A DNA stretch of 64,000 nucleotides from the NCBI RefSeq assembly GCF_004010195.1, contig NC_057750.1, positions 1,510,417-1,574,416 on the forward strand. Reading direction: 5' to 3'. Below, piece after piece: positions 59,962-64,000 of the stretch (positions within the stretch are counted from its first letter, which is position 1; the number at the start of each line of letters is the position of its first letter). Origin of the DNA: Chiloscyllium plagiosum. Its lineage: Eukaryota. The translations under genes were made by a program, and so were the position numbers. The notes beneath the pieces are model-generated. The model had not been told where the DNA came from. It made no database searches and saw nothing but the letters and a program-made list of their open reading frames with translations.

Positions 59962-60557
59962 AGTGTGACAGAGATGTGCATCCCAGGAATAGACCCTTTG
60001 GTCCAACTGTCCCATACCGACCAGATATCCTAAATTAATCTACTCCCATTTGCCAGCACTTGGCACATATCCCTCTAAAGTTTCTTATTCCTATACCTAT
60101 CAAGATGACTTTTAAATGTTGTGATTGTACCAGCCTCCACCACTTCCTCCATATCCGTACCACCCCCGTGTGAAAAAATTGCCCCTTAGGTCTCTTCTAA
60201 ATCTTTTCCCTCTCACCCTAAACCAATGCCCTCTAGTTCTGGACTCACCCCTACCCTGGGGAAAAGACTTTGTCTATTTATCCTATCCCTGCCCGTCATG
60301 ATTTTATAAACCTCTATAAGGTCTCCCCTCAGCCTCTGACGCTCCAGGGAAAACAGCCCCAGCCTGTTCAGCCTCTCCCTGTAGCTCAAAATCTCCAACC
60401 CTAGCAACATCTTTGTAAATCTTTTCTGAACCCTTTCAAGTTTCACAACATCCTTCCTATAGGAAGGAGACCAGAATTGAATGCAATATTCCAACAGTGG
60501 CCTAACCAATGTCCTGTACAGCCACAACATGACCTTCCAACTCCTGTACACAATGCA
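59962..60557 (-). mobile_element. CR1/HER1-like LINE 3' fragment
   Basis: ORF 60213..60551(-) [36 protein letters not shown]. Confidence 0.95.
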
Positions 60558-61106
60558 TTCTGTTCATTAGGTGCACAGAGAGAGAGAGAGGTGGAACTCA
60601 ACCTTTTTTCATGAACCATAAAATAAATTGAAATTCTCTGTTTTAGTTTTAGTATAACTTATTAGGAGAATTGAAATCTGCCAACAGATGTTGTTTAATG
60701 CAGATGTCTCTTGGTTTGGGATAATAGTCGAGAGAGAATTACAACTATTCAAAATCGGCTTTGCTGATGAGCACAAGATGGTCAAAGATAAATGAAGTGT
60801 TGGCTAGGTATGCATGTCCTTCCTAGAATAACCTTCAGCCTTGGCAAGGAACTTAGTATTCAATCCTTTGAGAAGCTGCGAGGTCAGGTTTTAGCGTTGT
60901 TTTGTGTGTGTGTTTCTCCTGGCTCTCGCCAATCAGTGCAGGAATCTGTAACCCAGTGGCTGTTGTCTGGAAATACTGAGGGAGCTGTCAGAAACGCTGG
61001 GTGAATTACAAACTCACAGCATGAGCAATGCACCAAAATCTTTGGCAGAGTTTCAACAAGACACATTCCCTGAGAGTCACAGATACTCCCGGCTGTTAAA
61101 CTAAGA

Positions 61107-61306
61107 TCACATTCTGGCTTTCTCCCCGCAAAATTCCTCTTCTGGAATCAATCGAAACGTTTCTCCGTTTCCTTTACTCTGCTTTTGGCACTCAAAAGTA
61201 ACAACGTCAAACAGAAATCCTTCCTCAGCAGCGAGTGCATATAGCCGCTGTGATCTGTCTCGGGCCTGATAGAATGTGTCATTGGCGATTAGTGTTGTCT
61301 GTGGAT
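61107..61306 (-). CDS. Candidate terminal coding exon, unidentified product
   Basis: TTTCAG acceptor then 66 codons ending in TGA (PQTTLIANDTFYQARDRSQRLYALAAEEGFLFDVVTFECQK...); non-repetitive and CpG-retaining; no homologue recognised. Confidence 0.2.
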
Positions 61307-61322
61307 CTGAAAGTGTACACTG

Positions 61323-61643
61323 AGGCTTTTCCCCAGGGCAGGATTGACTGGAACGAGGAGTCATAGTTTTAAGGTATTAGGAGGAAGGTATAAAGGAGAC
61401 GTCAGAGGTAGGTTCTTTACGCAGAGAGTTGTGAATGCATGGAATCCGTTGCCAGCAGTGATGGTGGTAGCAGAGTCATTAGAGACATTTGAGCGACTGC
61501 TAGACATGTACATGGATAGCAGTGAGTTGAGGGGAGTGTAAGTTAGGTTATTGTATTTTAAATTAGGAATAATCCTCGGCACAACATCATGGGCCGAAGG
61601 GCCTGTTCTGTGCTGTACATTTCTATGTTCTATGTTCTATGTT
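61323..61643 (+). mobile_element. CR1-type LINE 3' end
   Basis: ORF 61344..61541 RFFTQRVVNAWNPLP; (TTCTATG)n tail. Confidence 0.9.
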
Positions 61644-61836
61644 CACTGATGGTTACCAGACTGTGTAGAAGCCCAGAGTAGAAGATAGCATTAAATAGCA
61701 GAACAGGCTTTGACAGACTGAATGGCTGCTCCTGTTCCTACATTAATCTGGCCCATAGAGGCCCTCCTGAACTGTTACTAACCAGTTTGCCCCATAGAGA
61801 CCTTGCTGGACCATTAGTGACTGATTGTGACTCCAG

Positions 61837-61992
61837 TAATAATGGCAGACTTTAGTTCAACACTCGATCAAAAGAAGGAAGCTGAGGATTTTTCTGTTGA
61901 CAGTCAAAATAATCTCGAGAAATCCCAACCAGCACTGATTGGAGATGAGAATGAACAAGCAACTTTGTGGCTCTCCTGCAGTTACACTGCAG
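61837..61992 (+). CDS. Candidate coding exon, unidentified product
   Basis: CTCCAG acceptor, ATG in strong context at 61842, open frame MADFSSTLDQKKEAEDFSVDSQNNLEKSQPALIGDENEQ.., donor CAG/GTCGGT (phase 1). Confidence 0.25.
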
Positions 61993-62366
61993 GTCGGTAA
62001 ACATTGTTGAAGATTGATCAAGCGGATTTGGTTCACCTGTTATCGTGTACAGTTAAATACACCTCCAGGTAATTAATGCTGCAACTTATCAGCACAAATT
62101 CTAACTGTTCTTTTCAAGTAGCTCCAACTGTGAACCAACAACCTGTCAGATGGAGTGGTTGTCTGAGCTGTAAATATTTCCAAGATTTTATAATCACAGG
62201 CCGTTATTAGCTGTGGGTGTCACTGAGCTCAGTTATGTAGCAGATCTTTTCCCAGCTTTCACTACGGCTCTCCCTGTTCAGACCCAGGAAAGCACAAGGT
62301 TTTTAATATCCATACAGCTTCAGGTAAGACTCACAGGGGGCATTAGAACGAAATATTTCCTTCCAG

Positions 62367-62566
62367 CACTTCTGTTTACGAGCAATAAACATAGTGGAGA
62401 TGCAAAACCAAGAGCTCTTGGAGAGCTATCCACAAATGAAGAAAATGAAGAGCCTTCACTTTCTGATTGGCCAATGGAGAATGAGAGCCATGGTTGGGCC
62501 ACCAATGGCTGTGAACAGTTGAAGGGAGAAAGTCAACAATTAGCAGATCCTGCTACACCCACCCAG
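62367..62566 (+). CDS. Candidate coding exon, unidentified product
   Basis: TTTCCTTCCAG acceptor in phase 1, open acidic frame (..LGELSTNEENEEPSLSDWPMENESH..), donor CAG/GTAGAG. Confidence 0.25.
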
Positions 62567-62996
62567 GTAGAGTTAACCACCCTGAAGATGGAGAGGCTTC
62601 AGAGTGTCCATTAGAGGATTATTTATGGTTTGTTCCAGTGTTTATCATTCTTTTGACTGCTAAGGGACAGACACCATCACACGTGTGAGGACTACAACAG
62701 CTGAAGGTCAGGATCGATTGCTGCCAATAATCATGTTTTTCTATACTGTGCCGAGGGGTGTGTTTGATTATCAGATGAACTACTAGTCTGTCTTAACAAG
62801 ACAAGGAACTTGTCTAACACCAGGATGTGGTTTATTACATAATAACAACAGATATAAACTGTGTTGGCTGGGGAGACACAATTCCTCAGTCTGTCAGGAA
62901 TTAGCAATGACATCGTCAAGTCAAGTGGTACACCCAAGTCTGTGTGGCAACATCAGAATGGGTGGAATTCAGTGTAGTCTCCAACATTAACTCTTT

Positions 62997-63298
62997 CATA
63001 GAATTCCTACAGCGTGGAAACAGGCCATTCGGCCCCTCTAGTCCACACCGTCCCTCTGAAGAGCATCCCCCCAGACCCAAACCCCCCTACTCTATCCCTG
63101 TGAACCTGCATTGCCCATGGCTAACCCACCAACCTACACATCCCAGACACCATGGGCAATTTCCCATGGCCAATCCACCCTAACCTGCACAATTTTGGAC
63201 TGTGGGAGGATATGCAAACTCCACACAGACAGTCACCCGAGACAGGAATCGAACCTGGATCCCTGGCACTGGGAGGCAGCAGTGCTAACCACTGAGCC
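62997..63298 (-). mobile_element. HE1-type SINE
   Basis: Reverse head GGCTCAGTGGTTAGCACTGCTGCCTC, partial V-domain, tail. Confidence 0.9.
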
Positions 63299-63854
63299 CT
63301 TTCAGTACCATTACCTTATACCACAGAGAGCTTATGTGGCTCACCCCATAGTAACGCTGTCTGTGACGGTGAGAATTATTGAATATCGACATTGTTACCG
63401 AACAGAGAAACCCAGGAGTCTCCATTTGATTGGTGAGCAGACAGAGAAGGTGATAAAGAAGATACAAACACTGCAGGGCAAGCACAATCTGGAGAAAGCT
63501 ATTTTAAAAAGAAATGTGCCAAGGAATGAAAGATGCTGCATTGAGAACATTATTGTGCAAAGATCTTCAGATGGAGGTACACATTCTGGTAACATCCAGA
63601 AAAATCCACAGTCCCTGATACTCTCAGAGCTAGCTGACAGGTTGTCCGTGTAATTTCTACTCTCTGTAAACTGGACACCAGCGAAATCTCAGCCATTCAG
63701 GCCATCCCAACAGACTCCTCTCGTTCTATAATCTCTCCACAATTTCCATGTTCCTCTGACACTGGCCTCATAACAATCTCCATCGCTCTGCAGAGCCTCC
63801 AGCCTGCAGTACCCATCCCTCTTCCACCTTTCAGTTAGAAGAAGAGAGTATCTT

Positions 63855-64000
63855 AGAATCTCTACAGTGTGGGAACAGGTCCTTCGGCCCAACAAGTCCA
63901 CACCGACCCTCCGAAGTGTATCCCACCCAAACTCAATCCCCCAACTAATGCACCTAACCTATACACCCCTGAACACAATGGGCAATTTGGCATGTCCAAT
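63855..64000 (-). mobile_element. HE1-type SINE 3' part (runs off window)
   Basis: CTACAGTGTGGGAACAGGTCCTTCGGCCCAACAAGTCCACAC tail. Confidence 0.85.

Noticed and set aside
57146..60033. Long ORFs up to 278 aa (ESDHTQNQITLRIRSHS)n
   Set aside because: Translation of a stop-poor 17-bp satellite; the same peptide appears in all three frames.

Overview
A 64-kb, repeat-dense stretch of vertebrate genomic DNA with one 500-N assembly gap (41977-42476). The repeat inventory (HE1-type V-SINEs with partner CR1/HER1-like LINEs, Deu-domain SINE relics) points to a cartilaginous fish, probably a shark (inference). It reads like a large intron or intergenic region. I cannot confidently call any host protein-coding gene: nearly all ORFs in the track are decayed retroelement fragments, tandem-repeat artefacts or chance ORFs. 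A few possible exons lie at 61.1-63.7 kb. Contents: many 5'-truncated CR1 LINEs; a second CR1/L2-group LINE and a short element apparently built from that LINE's two ends; Rex1/Babar LINE ends; probable solo LTRs; a Harbinger (HARBI1-like) transposase fossil; a Penelope GIY-YIG ORF end; a tRNA-Arg-like pseudogene; a 24-bp minisatellite; and a 2.4-kb 17-bp satellite. The most interesting signal is a set of short Penelope-derived inserts from several families. They carry minimal hammerhead-ribozyme cores (at least one intact), are often folded back as inverted repeats, and are flanked by 9-16 bp target-site duplications. Repeat boundaries were read by eye and are approximate (about +/-20 bp) unless given as motif coordinates.
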